This document shows, one piece after another, positions 19,896 through 30,038 of a DNA stretch of 64,000 bases. Source of the DNA: an uncultured Candidatus Saccharibacteria bacterium (lineage in GTDB: Bacteria > Patescibacteriota > Minisyncoccia > Phycocordibacterales > UBA12445); contig CAZYTH010000006.1 of the NCBI GenBank assembly GCA_964649715.1, positions 6,341 to 70,340 of the forward strand. The letters run 5' to 3'. The position numbers and the translations under genes are program-made. Within the stretch, counting starts at the first letter, position 1; each line of letters starts with the position of its first letter. A model generated the notes under the pieces. The model was not told where the DNA came from and searched no databases. It saw only the letters and a list, made by a program, of their open reading frames with translations.

Positions 19896-20759
19896 TTATT
19901 CCATAAATTCAACAGCAATATTTTTGAGATCTTCAATGCGTGTCTTGAGATATTCTACACCAACATTTTCTTCTCTTAAATTAACATGTTTTGCAATAAA
20001 TGAAGTTGTTATCTTAAGCGCCGAGTTATTATCAATCCATTTTTTAGGGTGTAGTCGTAATTCAAGTCTTTTCTTGGCTTTATAGATTTTTGTATTTCCA
20101 TATTCATTATCAATAAAATCATCTAGAAAAACAGATTTATTAGTAGTTCTTTTTTTGTTAACCCTAACATTATTTAAGTTTTTTAAATTAAGCACTGCAC
20201 CTGTGAAATAGAAATCGGCACCCTCTATTTGAGTACCGGGTCTCAGTATAAAAAAGTAATATATCTTTTTTATCTTATAGGTCTTGTTTAATGATTCATA
20301 TTTTTCACTATAAAGTTTTATCCAACTATTCTTTATCTCTACATATTTTCCGTTTGCAAACATTGCATCCAAATGAATGCCTGGTCCTTCAAATTTTTGA
20401 CCCAGAGAAGCCTCTCCACTATCACTATTTGATACCTGTCCAGAGTTATTTAATTTAATATTGAGCATTTTGATATCAGCTCCCCATTTATCACGTTCAT
20501 TATATATATCAATTGGATAAGAACCAGCACCAACAGGCTTAACATCAAGTGATTGAGTAAACCACTGCTCTATATGCTCTTTTGGAATTTGAATAGGCAA
20601 TTGTCTTTGTCCAATTTTAGGCTCAGGTTGAGCAAATAATGACTTAATAATAAAATACTTAATTATATTTTTTGATTTATCATCTAGAAAATCCAATAAC
20701 TCCTTGCTGGACAAAGGATTAATTACATATTTATTATATTTTGGAGATACTTTTTTCAT
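19896..20759 (-). CDS. Putative type II restriction endonuclease
   Basis: Convergent with the MTase; PID...ADIK resembles a PD-(D/E)xK core. Confidence 0.6.
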   Translation of the reverse strand: MKKVSPKYNKYVINPLSSKELLDFLDDKSKNIIKYFIIKSLFAQPEPKIGQRQLPIQIPKEHIEQWFTQSLDVKPVGAGSYPIDIYNERDKWGADIKMLNIKLNNSGQVSNSDSGEASLGQKFEGPGIHLDAMFANGKYVEIKNSWIKLYSEKYESLNKTYKIKKIYYFFILRPGTQIEGADFYFTGAVLNLKNLNNVRVNKKRTTNKSVFLDDFIDNEYGNTKIYKAKKRLELRLHPKKWIDNNSALKITTSFIAKHVNLREENVGVEYLKTRIEDLKNIAVEFME

Positions 20760-20931
20760 AAAGTATGTCTAATTATGACACAATTCTCAATTTTGGCGGT
20801 GTTTTTTGGACGAAGTTCGAACGTTACACGTTCGGTAGAGGTTTCCCATCCGCCTCGGGCGGACAAGGGAGAACCTTTTCTCATCCCTCACAGAAGCCAC
20901 GCAGTTGGCTTCTGATTCCGATTTCCAATTT

Positions 20932-20955
20932 TGGCGGAGAGGGAGGGATTCGAAC
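20932..20955 (-). repeat. 24-bp duplicate of the tRNA-Ser 3' end (att-like)
   Basis: TGGCGGAGAGGGAGGGATTCGAAC, identical to 21927-21950. Confidence 0.85.
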
Positions 20956-21328
20956 ATTACATGTTCAGTACACCTTTTGGATCTTTTGTTTCGCTTCGCT
21001 CACAAAATATGCTCAAAAGGTTTTCGAACCCTCCCCGCAATGCATTTGGTATGCATTGCTTCTCCTATGCTCAAAAACTTCGTTTTTATCGCTACAGTGG
21101 TGATTGGCGGAACTTTGAACCAGTCGGTAGGGTGAGTTTCGCCAAACTTGATAAAAGTATACAGAAATTGAGGATAATTTACAGAGAAAAGCCCGAATGG
21201 TTTGAAATTCCTGATTTTACTCAAAAAACCTACTAAACATCAAAATGTTTGATGGAACTACTAATTTTTCGAACTTCCATCGCACAAAGTGATTTACGAC
21301 TATAATCCGCTACAATCGGCCACATGCA

Positions 21329-21829
21329 TTATAGCTGTATTTTTCTAAGTCCCTCAGCTAGCTTTTGAAGTTTTTCGGGATCAGCCTTTGGGCCACTCCC
21401 AGAAGAAATCCATCCTTCATATTTTTCAAACCAAAATTGTTTTCCAGATAGAAATTGTTGCCACTCCCCACGTTTTAAATTCTCAGTACCATGCAGTGGC
21501 ACAAGTTTTATGTGGGCGTGATCAATACCGGTTCCCTCCATCATTAAACCCACCCGACCAGCATCATCAAAATACTTCTCAAGAATCTGAGCCACTGTTT
21601 TTGAAGCAAGAATAAATTGCTGTAAAATATCATCTGGCATTTTTAGTACATCGCTTCCAAAATGTTTCTTTGGAATTACGCATGAGAAACCTTCGGAGTT
21701 TGGATCAATCGCCAGAAACGCCATAAACTTATCATTCTCCCAAAATATTCCCGGCGTCTTTAATCTACCTTCTGCAATTTCACAGAATGGACATTTGTTG
21801 TCTTTAGTTTTTGCTTCGTATGTTGCCAT
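21329..21829 (-). CDS. HIT family hydrolase
   Basis: CPFCEI, IPKKH and HAHIKL (variant HxHxH) motifs. Confidence 0.85.
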   Translation of the reverse strand: MATYEAKTKDNKCPFCEIAEGRLKTPGIFWENDKFMAFLAIDPNSEGFSCVIPKKHFGSDVLKMPDDILQQFILASKTVAQILEKYFDDAGRVGLMMEGTGIDHAHIKLVPLHGTENLKRGEWQQFLSGKQFWFEKYEGWISSGSGPKADPEKLQKLAEGLRKIQL

Positions 21830-21926
21830 AAGTTCGAATCCCTTTAGGGTTCACTCATTTTATCATTTTCTAGTCTTGAAATGTAGCGCAAAATAAGGAT
21901 ATTTCATCGCTATTTTTAAAAACCAC

Positions 21927-22016
21927 TGGCGGAGAGGGAGGGATTCGAACCCTCGGACCCCGTTAAGGGTCAGCACATTAGCAGTGTGCTGCTTTCGACC
22001 GCTCAGCCACCTCTCC
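21927..22016 (-). tRNA. tRNA-Ser(GCT)
   Basis: Acceptor GGAGAGG/CCTCTCC, anticodon arm GCACA-CTGCTAA-TGTGC, long variable arm, encoded CCA. Confidence 0.95.
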
Positions 22017-22168
22017 ATATTATTTTATTTTAATCCCTCTAAAATTGTGGGATTCAGTTACAAACTTTTTAAGAGTATAGACTAAACTGATAACAATAAC
22101 AAGATATTTGATTTATTCTATATATATGTTATAATTAAAAAAGATTTAAAATTTAATTAACGGAGGTT

Positions 22169-22468
22169 GTGTCAATGGTTGTGCCAATCAAAAACGTTTC
22201 TGAGAAATTGCCTCGCGTTAGATTGGAAGCTTACTTTATCGTTGGTGGAACGTTTCTGAAAAAGGAGATAATGATAAATCGCCCAAATATATCAAGGCAA
22301 AATATCCTGGCGTGCCTAGAAGAAGAAAGTCAGAATATTCAACTTGACATGGAGATTGAAACTGATCAGGTGGTTCCTGTCTCCTACACAAAGGCCGTTA
22401 TTATGGAGGCCTTTCTAAGTCCGGACCTTCGGGCGGGTGATGAGGTTTTTAATCAAATCGTTAATTGA
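22169..22468 (+). CDS. Hypothetical protein
   Basis: GGAGG SD upstream; hairpin downstream. Confidence 0.5.
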   Translation: MSMVVPIKNVSEKLPRVRLEAYFIVGGTFLKKEIMINRPNISRQNILACLEEESQNIQLDMEIETDQVVPVSYTKAVIMEAFLSPDLRAGDEVFNQIVN

Positions 22469-22546
22469 ACAGAAGGGGTGTCGGGGCAGGTGAAAAACCT
22501 GTCCCTTTTGTGTTATAATTTTCCAATTATTAGTTTATTTTAGAAA

Positions 22547-23530
22547 ATGCTTTTATATATATATTTGATAGTTGGTTTCTTTCTTTTAATAAAAGGTGCA
22601 GATCTTCTTGTGGACGGAGCTTCTTCCCTTGCTAGAAGATTTGGTATTTCTCCACTTGTGGTTGGTTTAACTATTGTGTCTTTTGGAACATCTGCTCCAG
22701 AGCTTATTGTAAATCTCGTTGCTAGCGTTAATGGCAATGGAGACATTGCGATTGGAAACGTTATTGGAAGTAATACGGCTAACATACTTCTTATCCTTGG
22801 TTGCTCTTCCGTTGTTTATCCTTTAGCCGTTAAGTTTAGTACTGTATGGAAAGAAATACCGTTGGCGCTTCTGGCTTCTCTTCTTGTTGGTGTTATGGCA
22901 AGCGATGCACTTCTAAATTCCCCAGTTGTCTCTTCTTTGAATGGCGATATTTTTTCGGGTCTCTCTAGGATAGATGGGGTTGTTTTTCTCTCTTTCTTTA
23001 TCATCTTTATGTATTACACATTTGGTATCAGTAAAACAGAGGCGTCAGACGACGAGGAGACTACACAGGAAATATATCCCACTAAAACTAGCTTGTTTAT
23101 GATAGTGGCTGGTCTCTTTGCTCTTGTTTTGGGTGGAGATTGGGTAGTGGGCGGTGCCACAGATATTGCTAGAGATTTTGGAATAAGTGAGGCTCTTATT
23201 GGTTTGACGATGGTTGCGCTTGGTACATCTCTACCCGAGCTCGCGACTTCGGTTGTCGCTGCTTACAAAAAAGATGTTGATATTGCGGTAGGAAATGTTG
23301 TCGGATCAAATATATTCAACGTCTTTCTTGTCTTGGGAACAAGCTCTCTGGTGTCTCCTCTTAGATTTTCAGATGCGCTTCTTTGGGATACCGTCTTTTC
23401 TATGTTTGCGACACTCCTCTTGTTTTCTTTTATTTTTATAGGGAAGAAAGGGGTTATTGAGAGGAGGCAGGGCGTATTTTTTGTTTTAATATACTTTTTA
23501 TATATTGCAATCCTGTTTGTTCGAGGTTAG
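22547..23530 (+). CDS. Ca2+/Na+ (CaCA, YrbG-like) antiporter
   Basis: Two alpha repeats: GTSAPE...GNVIGSN and GTSLPE...GNVVGSN. Confidence 0.92.
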   Translation: MLLYIYLIVGFFLLIKGADLLVDGASSLARRFGISPLVVGLTIVSFGTSAPELIVNLVASVNGNGDIAIGNVIGSNTANILLILGCSSVVYPLAVKFSTVWKEIPLALLASLLVGVMASDALLNSPVVSSLNGDIFSGLSRIDGVVFLSFFIIFMYYTFGISKTEASDDEETTQEIYPTKTSLFMIVAGLFALVLGGDWVVGGATDIARDFGISEALIGLTMVALGTSLPELATSVVAAYKKDVDIAVGNVVGSNIFNVFLVLGTSSLVSPLRFSDALLWDTVFSMFATLLLFSFIFIGKKGVIERRQGVFFVLIYFLYIAILFVRG

Positions 23531-23536
23531 ACAAAT

Positions 23537-24223
23537 TTAGTGTGCCAAAGATAAAGCAAGAACCCTTTTTGCCCCTTCTTTTTTGAGAGTTTTTCTGCAT
23601 TCTTCAATTGTGGCACCTGTTGTAATGACATCGTCTATAAGAATAATAGTTTTTCCAAAAATATTTTGCGGTTCGTTCACACAAAAGGCATCATTTAGGT
23701 TTTTCAATCTTTTTTCTCTATTCATCACACTTACCTGACTATCAGTTTCTTTTATTCTTTTTAAAGCATTGCTTTTAAGGCAAAAATTATCTTCTCCACA
23801 AAGACTAAAGAAGGAAACAGCAATCTCCTCTGACTGATTGAACCCTCTTTTTGCTAGTTTCTTGTCGTGTATCGGTACTGGAATTATTATTATTTTTTGG
23901 TTTTCAATATCATTTTCCATTAGTTCCTCTATGGAAATTTCTTCTAAGACTGTGTCATAGAGGTATCTTCCGAGCATTTCCGCCAGATTTTTCCTTCCCT
24001 TGTATTTTAAAGAATGAATTATATCTTTTGTGAGTTTGTTTTTGTAAGAAAAAACAGCAAAATTATCATTTCCTACATATTCTGTGCATCTCGGTAAAGA
24101 TGTTATGCAATTTTCGCACAAAATTTCACCTTCTTTCTTGCACCCGATACATTTTTGGGGAAGAAGTATATCAAGTACCGCATTTATAAATTTTTTGAAC
24201 ATTATTTTTGTAAACAACCACAA
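23537..24223 (-). CDS. comF: Competence protein ComF
   Basis: N-terminal CxxC...CxxC, RGFNQ and IDDVITTGAT motifs. Confidence 0.92.
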   Translation of the reverse strand: MWLFTKIMFKKFINAVLDILLPQKCIGCKKEGEILCENCITSLPRCTEYVGNDNFAVFSYKNKLTKDIIHSLKYKGRKNLAEMLGRYLYDTVLEEISIEELMENDIENQKIIIIPVPIHDKKLAKRGFNQSEEIAVSFFSLCGEDNFCLKSNALKRIKETDSQVSVMNREKRLKNLNDAFCVNEPQNIFGKTIILIDDVITTGATIEECRKTLKKEGAKRVLALSLAH

Positions 24224-24380
24224 ATATAGAGATTAAAAGAATCATTCATCTCAGTAAAATAGCAAAAGGAGGGGCAAAGAAGGTTCATATTTTTTGGGTG
24301 TGGATAAGTTCCCAACATTTTATTTTATTTTTATTATCAAGATATGCTATAATAACTAATGAAGACTGTCTATTAAGAAA

Positions 24381-25499
24381 ATGAATATAAACAATTTTTT
24401 AAAAAATATCGGAATTGGAAAACAAAACAGTGTCGTTGGAGTGGACATCGGTTCTTCGTCTATTAAAGTCGTTCAATTAAAAAAAGAAAAGGGCATTGCC
24501 AAGCTAGAGACTTATGGAGAGATTGCGTTGGGTCCTTTTGGCGGAATGGCAGTCGGACAAGCGGTCTCCCTCCCTCCTGAAAAGTTGACCGAAGCGATAA
24601 AACAAGTTTTTAAAGAAGTGAATATCACTGCAACAGACGCTGTTTTTTCAGTACCCCTGCGTTCAAGTTTATTGAAATTGGTTGGGATACCCAAAGTAGA
24701 TAATGCCAGTATGGAACAAGTTATTCAGCTTGAGGCCAGAAAATACATTCCTGTTCCGATAAACGAAGTTATGCTTGATTGGATGATCATTCCGCCTCGA
24801 GAGTTTGAAACTCCTGGCGTGGCAACAGAAAAGATAGATGACGGTGACTTAAAAAAGGTTGAGAAAACTGAAGTCATTATCGTTGCGATACACAAGGCAA
24901 TAATTTCCGCTTACGATGAAATAATAAAAAAGGTTGGACTGTCAGCACAGCCTCTTGAGATTGAAACTTTCAGTGCTTCAAGGGCAGTTGTTGGAAATGA
25001 GATAAGTGCTTTGGCCATATTGGATATTGGTGCATCAACAACGAGGCTTTTGGTTTTGGATTATGGCATTGCTCGTTTATCAAGCGTTATAAATAAGGGT
25101 TCCCAAGACATTACTATTGCTCTTGAGAAATCTCTCGGACTTACTTTCGCAGAAGCAGAAGATGCAAAGAGGCGACTTGGTGCTATTGGGGCTACCGAGG
25201 GAGGCGACTTGCATACAGTTGTAAACCCTACACTTGAATACATCTTTTACGAAACGCAAAAGATGTTATTAAACTATCAGAAAAAATATTCTAGACCGAT
25301 ATCAAAAGTGATTTTAACAGGAGGTGGTTCTCTGCTTAAGGGTATTGTCGGGATAGCTAAAGAAAATCTAGAGATTGAAGTTGAATTGGGAAATGCTTTC
25401 AAAAAGATACAAGTTCCTGCGATTATGGAAAAAATACTTGCCGACAATGGTTCAGGTTTTGCGATTGCCACAGGTCTAGCCCTAAGAGGTCTTCAATAA
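24381..25499 (+). CDS. pilM: Type IV pilus assembly protein PilM
   Basis: GVDIGSSSIK, LDIGA, LTGGGS and GLALR actin-like motifs. Confidence 0.92.
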   Translation: MNINNFLKNIGIGKQNSVVGVDIGSSSIKVVQLKKEKGIAKLETYGEIALGPFGGMAVGQAVSLPPEKLTEAIKQVFKEVNITATDAVFSVPLRSSLLKLVGIPKVDNASMEQVIQLEARKYIPVPINEVMLDWMIIPPREFETPGVATEKIDDGDLKKVEKTEVIIVAIHKAIISAYDEIIKKVGLSAQPLEIETFSASRAVVGNEISALAILDIGASTTRLLVLDYGIARLSSVINKGSQDITIALEKSLGLTFAEAEDAKRRLGAIGATEGGDLHTVVNPTLEYIFYETQKMLLNYQKKYSRPISKVILTGGGSLLKGIVGIAKENLEIEVELGNAFKKIQVPAIMEKILADNGSGFAIATGLALRGLQ

Positions 25500-25544
25500 A
25501 ATTTAAAATAGTTATTAAAAATTTAGGAATATTAATATTAAATT

Positions 25545-26180
25545 ATGATAGGAGATATACAAAGAGGAGGTATTCAGACTTCTTTCATTCCAAAGAAGCC
25601 ACTCACTTCATATGGGGGTGGGGAGAAAACTGGAATAATGGGTATTATAAATTTCATAGCGATTATCATTTTTGTTATCGCCTTGTCTGTATATGGCGGT
25701 GGTTATGCTTATAAGACGTTTTTGAAAGGTCAGATAGCAAGCGTTAGTGAACAGATAGAAAAAGTCAAAAAAGATTTGGAAAATAAAGATACTTTAATGA
25801 AAGAGATGATTCGATTTGATACAAAACTCATTACCGCTAGAGAACTTTTAGACAAACATATTTCGCTAAGAAGAGTTTTTGAGGTTTTGGAGCAAGATAC
25901 GATGCAAAATCTTCGCTATAATGATTTTAATTACACAAACAAGAACAACGAAAAGATTGAACTCAAAATGAGCGGAGAAGCTTCTGGATATTCCACAATA
26001 GCATGGCAGGCCCAAAAGTTTTATGAATCAAAGAAGACGGGAGATAGGGATTTTACAGATGTTGTGTTTTCTGGTTTGAATCCTGGAGTAACAGGCAGTG
26101 TCGTGTTTCAAATGGTCGCCACAGTAAGACCCGATCTTATTCTTTATTCAAATTTAGATAATATTTTAGGAGGTTACTAA
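25545..26180 (+). CDS. PilN-like protein
   Basis: TSFIPK motif, single TM plus coiled coil, SGEA motif; follows pilM. Confidence 0.7.
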   Translation: MIGDIQRGGIQTSFIPKKPLTSYGGGEKTGIMGIINFIAIIIFVIALSVYGGGYAYKTFLKGQIASVSEQIEKVKKDLENKDTLMKEMIRFDTKLITARELLDKHISLRRVFEVLEQDTMQNLRYNDFNYTNKNNEKIELKMSGEASGYSTIAWQAQKFYESKKTGDRDFTDVVFSGLNPGVTGSVVFQMVATVRPDLILYSNLDNILGGY

Positions 26181-26204
26181 TTTTAATAAATTTGTTGGAA
26201 TAAA

Positions 26205-26747
26205 ATGAAAAATCTAATATCAATTATTTTCTTTTCTATCGCACTCTTTCTTTCGGTGGTATATACGCGACCTCTTTTCGCTGAAATAGATATCCTCAGC
26301 GAAGAAAAAGCATCACTAAATAAATCTCTTGAGGAGAGTAAAGGCTTGCGAACAGTAATGGCAGAAAAGGAAAGTTTTTACAACAGCCTTGATACAGAAA
26401 TGAGGGATAAACTAAACAAACTTCTCCCTGATAGCAATGATAACGTAAAACTTATCATCGATATGGACAACATTGCATCAACACACGGTCTTAAAATAAG
26501 AAACATAGATATAAAAGTAAGCAGACAAGGAGACACGAGCATTGAAGATGCTGGTAAAGCTTATGGTACTGCAACCTTTCGATTTTCTGTTTCCGCGACT
26601 TACGACAGCTTTAAATTTTTCATGAAAGATCTTGAAGATAGCTTAAGGATAGTTGATATTACTTCACTTTCATTCAGCTCGGGTGATAAAGATATAAACG
26701 AATACAATGTAGAACTAAAGACTTATTGGCTAAAAGATACGATATAG
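26205..26747 (+). CDS. pilO: PilO-like protein
   Basis: N-terminal TM, LLP, Y-SFK-F-DLE-SLRI motif, and gene position. Confidence 0.75.
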   Translation: MKNLISIIFFSIALFLSVVYTRPLFAEIDILSEEKASLNKSLEESKGLRTVMAEKESFYNSLDTEMRDKLNKLLPDSNDNVKLIIDMDNIASTHGLKIRNIDIKVSRQGDTSIEDAGKAYGTATFRFSVSATYDSFKFFMKDLEDSLRIVDITSLSFSSGDKDINEYNVELKTYWLKDTI

Positions 26748-26799
26748 ATATTTTGTTAGTTAATTTTTTATTTAAAAATTAAGGAAAGTAAACATATAT

Positions 26800-27228
26800 A
26801 TGGAATCATCAAAAAACACTAATATTTTTATCGGAATATTTGTAGTTGTTGTTATTGTGGTTGTGTTCATCGCTGTCTCGGGGGGTAGCAGTGGAACAGT
26901 TTCCAGTGGTCTTGTCGTTGGTTCGTCTGGGAGTTCTTCTGCAACTGTTTCCGCATTCTTAAGAAAAGTTTCCGCGATTCGTTCTGTCAAATTTGATACT
27001 GCTGTTTTTGAACATCCTGTTTTAAAACTTGGATTAAAAGATCAAAGCAAGCCATTGTTTGAAGAGGGTAGCGGAAGAACAAATCCTTTTTCTCCGTTTA
27101 GCGGACAACGAGTCGTTGTTAGAACATCTTCAAGCTCAGTTGGAGACAGTCAGTCATCACAATCATCGCAGGACATCATTGAGGCCTTGGTAGAAACCCC
27201 AAAGCCAACAAAAATTTTGTCGGATTAA
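26800..27228 (+). CDS. PilP-like pilus protein
   Basis: N-terminal TM and GRTNPF motif; follows pilO. Confidence 0.55.
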   Translation: MESSKNTNIFIGIFVVVVIVVVFIAVSGGSSGTVSSGLVVGSSGSSSATVSAFLRKVSAIRSVKFDTAVFEHPVLKLGLKDQSKPLFEEGSGRTNPFSPFSGQRVVVRTSSSSVGDSQSSQSSQDIIEALVETPKPTKILSD

Positions 27229-27263
27229 TAAAATTTTTCAAAATAATTTTAAAAAGATAAAAA

Positions 27264-28847
27264 ATGTCGCCGTACAAAGAAACTCAGATACCGAGAAGAG
27301 AGCTGGAGGGAAAATTAGAGAATCCCGATATTTTGAAGTATGTTCCTGAAGAATCGGCGACCTTTTATAAGTTTGTTCCCATCTCTTTTAAGGATGGTGT
27401 TTTAGAGTTTGGCATAACAGATCCTGACGACACAGATGCAAGAGATGCGATAAGCTTCACAGCGAATAAATACAACTTACCTTTTAAGATATTTATAATT
27501 TCTGAGGAGGATTTTAGATCTGTTTTAAAGATATACAAGGAGATGTCGGGGGAAGTTCACGAAGCTCTACAGGAGTTTGCGACAACTCAGGGCAGGCCCG
27601 AGGCCGCTGACTCTGTTACGACAGAGTTAATGAAGGATATTACTGCAAAAAAGACTGAAATATCCACAGAAGACGCCCCAATGGCAAAGATTGTTTCAGT
27701 TATTATTCAAAATGCGGTTGAAGGAAATGCTTCAGATATCCATATCGAGCCGACTTTGGATAAGGTTATGGTTAGGTTTCGAATGGATGGTGTACTTCAC
27801 CCAAGTTTGACTCTTCCGATAAACATAAGCGATGCTATTGTTGCAAGAATAAAAATACTCACGAATATGAAGTTGGACGAAAAGAGGGTTCCTCAGGATG
27901 GAAGATTTTCTGCAAGAATAGGCGGAAGACAAATAGATTTTCGTGTTTCCACTTTCCCGACATATTTTGGAGAAAAGGTGGTTATGCGTATTCTTGATTT
28001 TGAAAAAGGAGTCAAAAAAATAGATCAGCTTGGATTTACCGATTCCCACATGGGTGCAATAAGGGAAGCGCTAGATAAGCCATATGGACTTGTACTCATA
28101 ACAGGCCCTACAGGTTCAGGTAAGACGACAACCCTCTATTCTATGCTTGGCGAAGTAGACAAAGAAGAAAATAACGTTGTTAGTTTGGAAGACCCGATAG
28201 AATACAACATCAAGGGAGTTGCGCAGTCGCAGGTTCGTCCCGAAATAAAATACACCTTTGCCTCAGGTCTTCGTTCTATATTGAGACAAGACCCAGACAT
28301 CATAATGGTGGGAGAAATAAGAGATGCAATCACCGCAAGACTTGCCATTCAGGCCGCGCTTACAGGGCATCTTGTTTTTTCTACTCTTCATACAAACAAT
28401 TCCATCGCCGCTATTCCTAGGCTCATAGATATGGGTATTGAGCCATATCTTATCGCTCCTACTCTTGTGTTGGTCATCGCCCAAAGGCTTGTGGGGACTC
28501 TTTGTCCAGAATCAAGAGAGTCAATACCAATCACTCCCGATATGAGGAAGATGTTTGAAAATCAATTTGCCGATCTTCCTGAAGAATATAAAAAAGACAT
28601 TAAAATTCCCGATTCAGTATATTCTGCTAAACCTTCATCTTCATGCACTACGGGGACGAGGGGCAGAACCCCAGTTCTTGAAGTTATGACTGTTGATAGA
28701 GAAATGCAGGCGCTCATTTTCAAGAATCCATCAGAGGGAGATGTAAGGAAGTTGGCACGAAGCAAGGGTATGATGACAATGAAAGAAGATGCCTTATTGA
28801 AGGCTTTTAATGGAATTGTCGGTATAGAAGAAATAAGCAAGTTATAG
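27264..28847 (+). CDS. pilB: Type IV pilus assembly ATPase (PilB/GspE)
   Basis: ASDIHIEP, PQDGR, GPTGSGKTTT, LRQDPD and TGHLVFSTLH motifs. Confidence 0.93.
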   Translation: MSPYKETQIPRRELEGKLENPDILKYVPEESATFYKFVPISFKDGVLEFGITDPDDTDARDAISFTANKYNLPFKIFIISEEDFRSVLKIYKEMSGEVHEALQEFATTQGRPEAADSVTTELMKDITAKKTEISTEDAPMAKIVSVIIQNAVEGNASDIHIEPTLDKVMVRFRMDGVLHPSLTLPINISDAIVARIKILTNMKLDEKRVPQDGRFSARIGGRQIDFRVSTFPTYFGEKVVMRILDFEKGVKKIDQLGFTDSHMGAIREALDKPYGLVLITGPTGSGKTTTLYSMLGEVDKEENNVVSLEDPIEYNIKGVAQSQVRPEIKYTFASGLRSILRQDPDIIMVGEIRDAITARLAIQAALTGHLVFSTLHTNNSIAAIPRLIDMGIEPYLIAPTLVLVIAQRLVGTLCPESRESIPITPDMRKMFENQFADLPEEYKKDIKIPDSVYSAKPSSSCTTGTRGRTPVLEVMTVDREMQALIFKNPSEGDVRKLARSKGMMTMKEDALLKAFNGIVGIEEISKL

Positions 28848-28902
28848 TTTTTGTTTTGAATATTTTTGTATCTTTTATAATTTTAAAAATTAAGCGAATA
28901 TT

Positions 28903-29964
28903 ATGGATTTCAAAAAAGAAATAGAAGAATTGGTCGGTATCGCTCTCAAAGAGGGAGCTTCTGACCTTCATATTACAGCGGGTAGAAAGCCAACCATTAG
29001 AGTTTCTGGAGAATTGATACCCCTTATATCGAAATCCGTGCTTACTCCTGATGAGACGTTAAATTTATCTTTAGAGCTTCTTTCTGAGGCGAATAAAAAG
29101 ATTTTTCTTGAAACAAAAGACGTTGATTTCGCATACGATTCTCCTTTCGGAGTTAGATTTAGAGGAAACGCATTTTTCCAAAAAGGTACTGTTGGTTGCG
29201 CTCTCCGTGTTATTCCAAAAAAGATCAAGACTGTAGAGGAGCTAAACTTACCAAGTGTTCTCTCGGAGTTTGCCTTCAAAGAGCAGGGATTTTTCCTCGT
29301 TGTTGGTCCTGTTGGTCAGGGTAAATCGACGACACTCGCCGCTATGATAGATTTGATAAACAGAGAAAGGGCTGAACATATTTTGACGATAGAGGATCCA
29401 GTAGAATATATTTTTGAAAGTAATAAATCCATTATAGACCAAAGAGAGGTAAAATTTGACACAGAGAGCTTTCAGACCGCGCTTAAATCAATGTTTCGTC
29501 AAGATATAAATGTTGCGATGGTGGGAGAAATGAGGACAGCTGAAACCATAGGCATCGCGGTTACCGCCGCAGAAACAGGACACCTTATTTTATCTACACT
29601 TCACACAAATAATGCTTCTCAGACAATAGATCGTATTATTGATTCTTTCCCTGGTGATCAACAAAATCAAATAAGGATACAACTTTCATCATCTCTTCTT
29701 GGTGTTTTCTCACAGAGACTTATCCCGAGAATTTCAGGCGGTCTTATTCCTGCTTACGAACTTCTTATAAACAATAGCGCAGTTTCAAATTTGATAAGAG
29801 AAGGGAGGACTGCTGAGATAAACGTTGTTATCGAAACAGGCACAGAAAGTGGTATGATAGATTTGAACCATTCACTTGCGGAACTGGTCAGGAGGGGAGA
29901 GATAACAGTTGATAATGCGGTAAGATATTCCCTTAATCCGCACAGCTTAGAAAGACTACTTTAG
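28903..29964 (+). CDS. pilT: Type IV pilus retraction ATPase
   Basis: ASDLH, Walker A GQGKSTT, EDPVE, GEMR, AETGHL and SNLIRE motifs. Confidence 0.93.
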   Translation: MDFKKEIEELVGIALKEGASDLHITAGRKPTIRVSGELIPLISKSVLTPDETLNLSLELLSEANKKIFLETKDVDFAYDSPFGVRFRGNAFFQKGTVGCALRVIPKKIKTVEELNLPSVLSEFAFKEQGFFLVVGPVGQGKSTTLAAMIDLINRERAEHILTIEDPVEYIFESNKSIIDQREVKFDTESFQTALKSMFRQDINVAMVGEMRTAETIGIAVTAAETGHLILSTLHTNNASQTIDRIIDSFPGDQQNQIRIQLSSSLLGVFSQRLIPRISGGLIPAYELLINNSAVSNLIREGRTAEINVVIETGTESGMIDLNHSLAELVRRGEITVDNAVRYSLNPHSLERLL

Positions 29965-30038
29965 AATAATTATAAAATTACGAATTACGAATTAAAAAAA
30001 TTCATAATTCATAAATCGTAAATCATAACTAATCAAAC

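Noticed and set aside
20765-21236. Several overlapping short ORFs next to the att-like repeat
   Set aside because: They overlap tRNA-derived fragments and hairpins; no integrase or other motif is recognisable.
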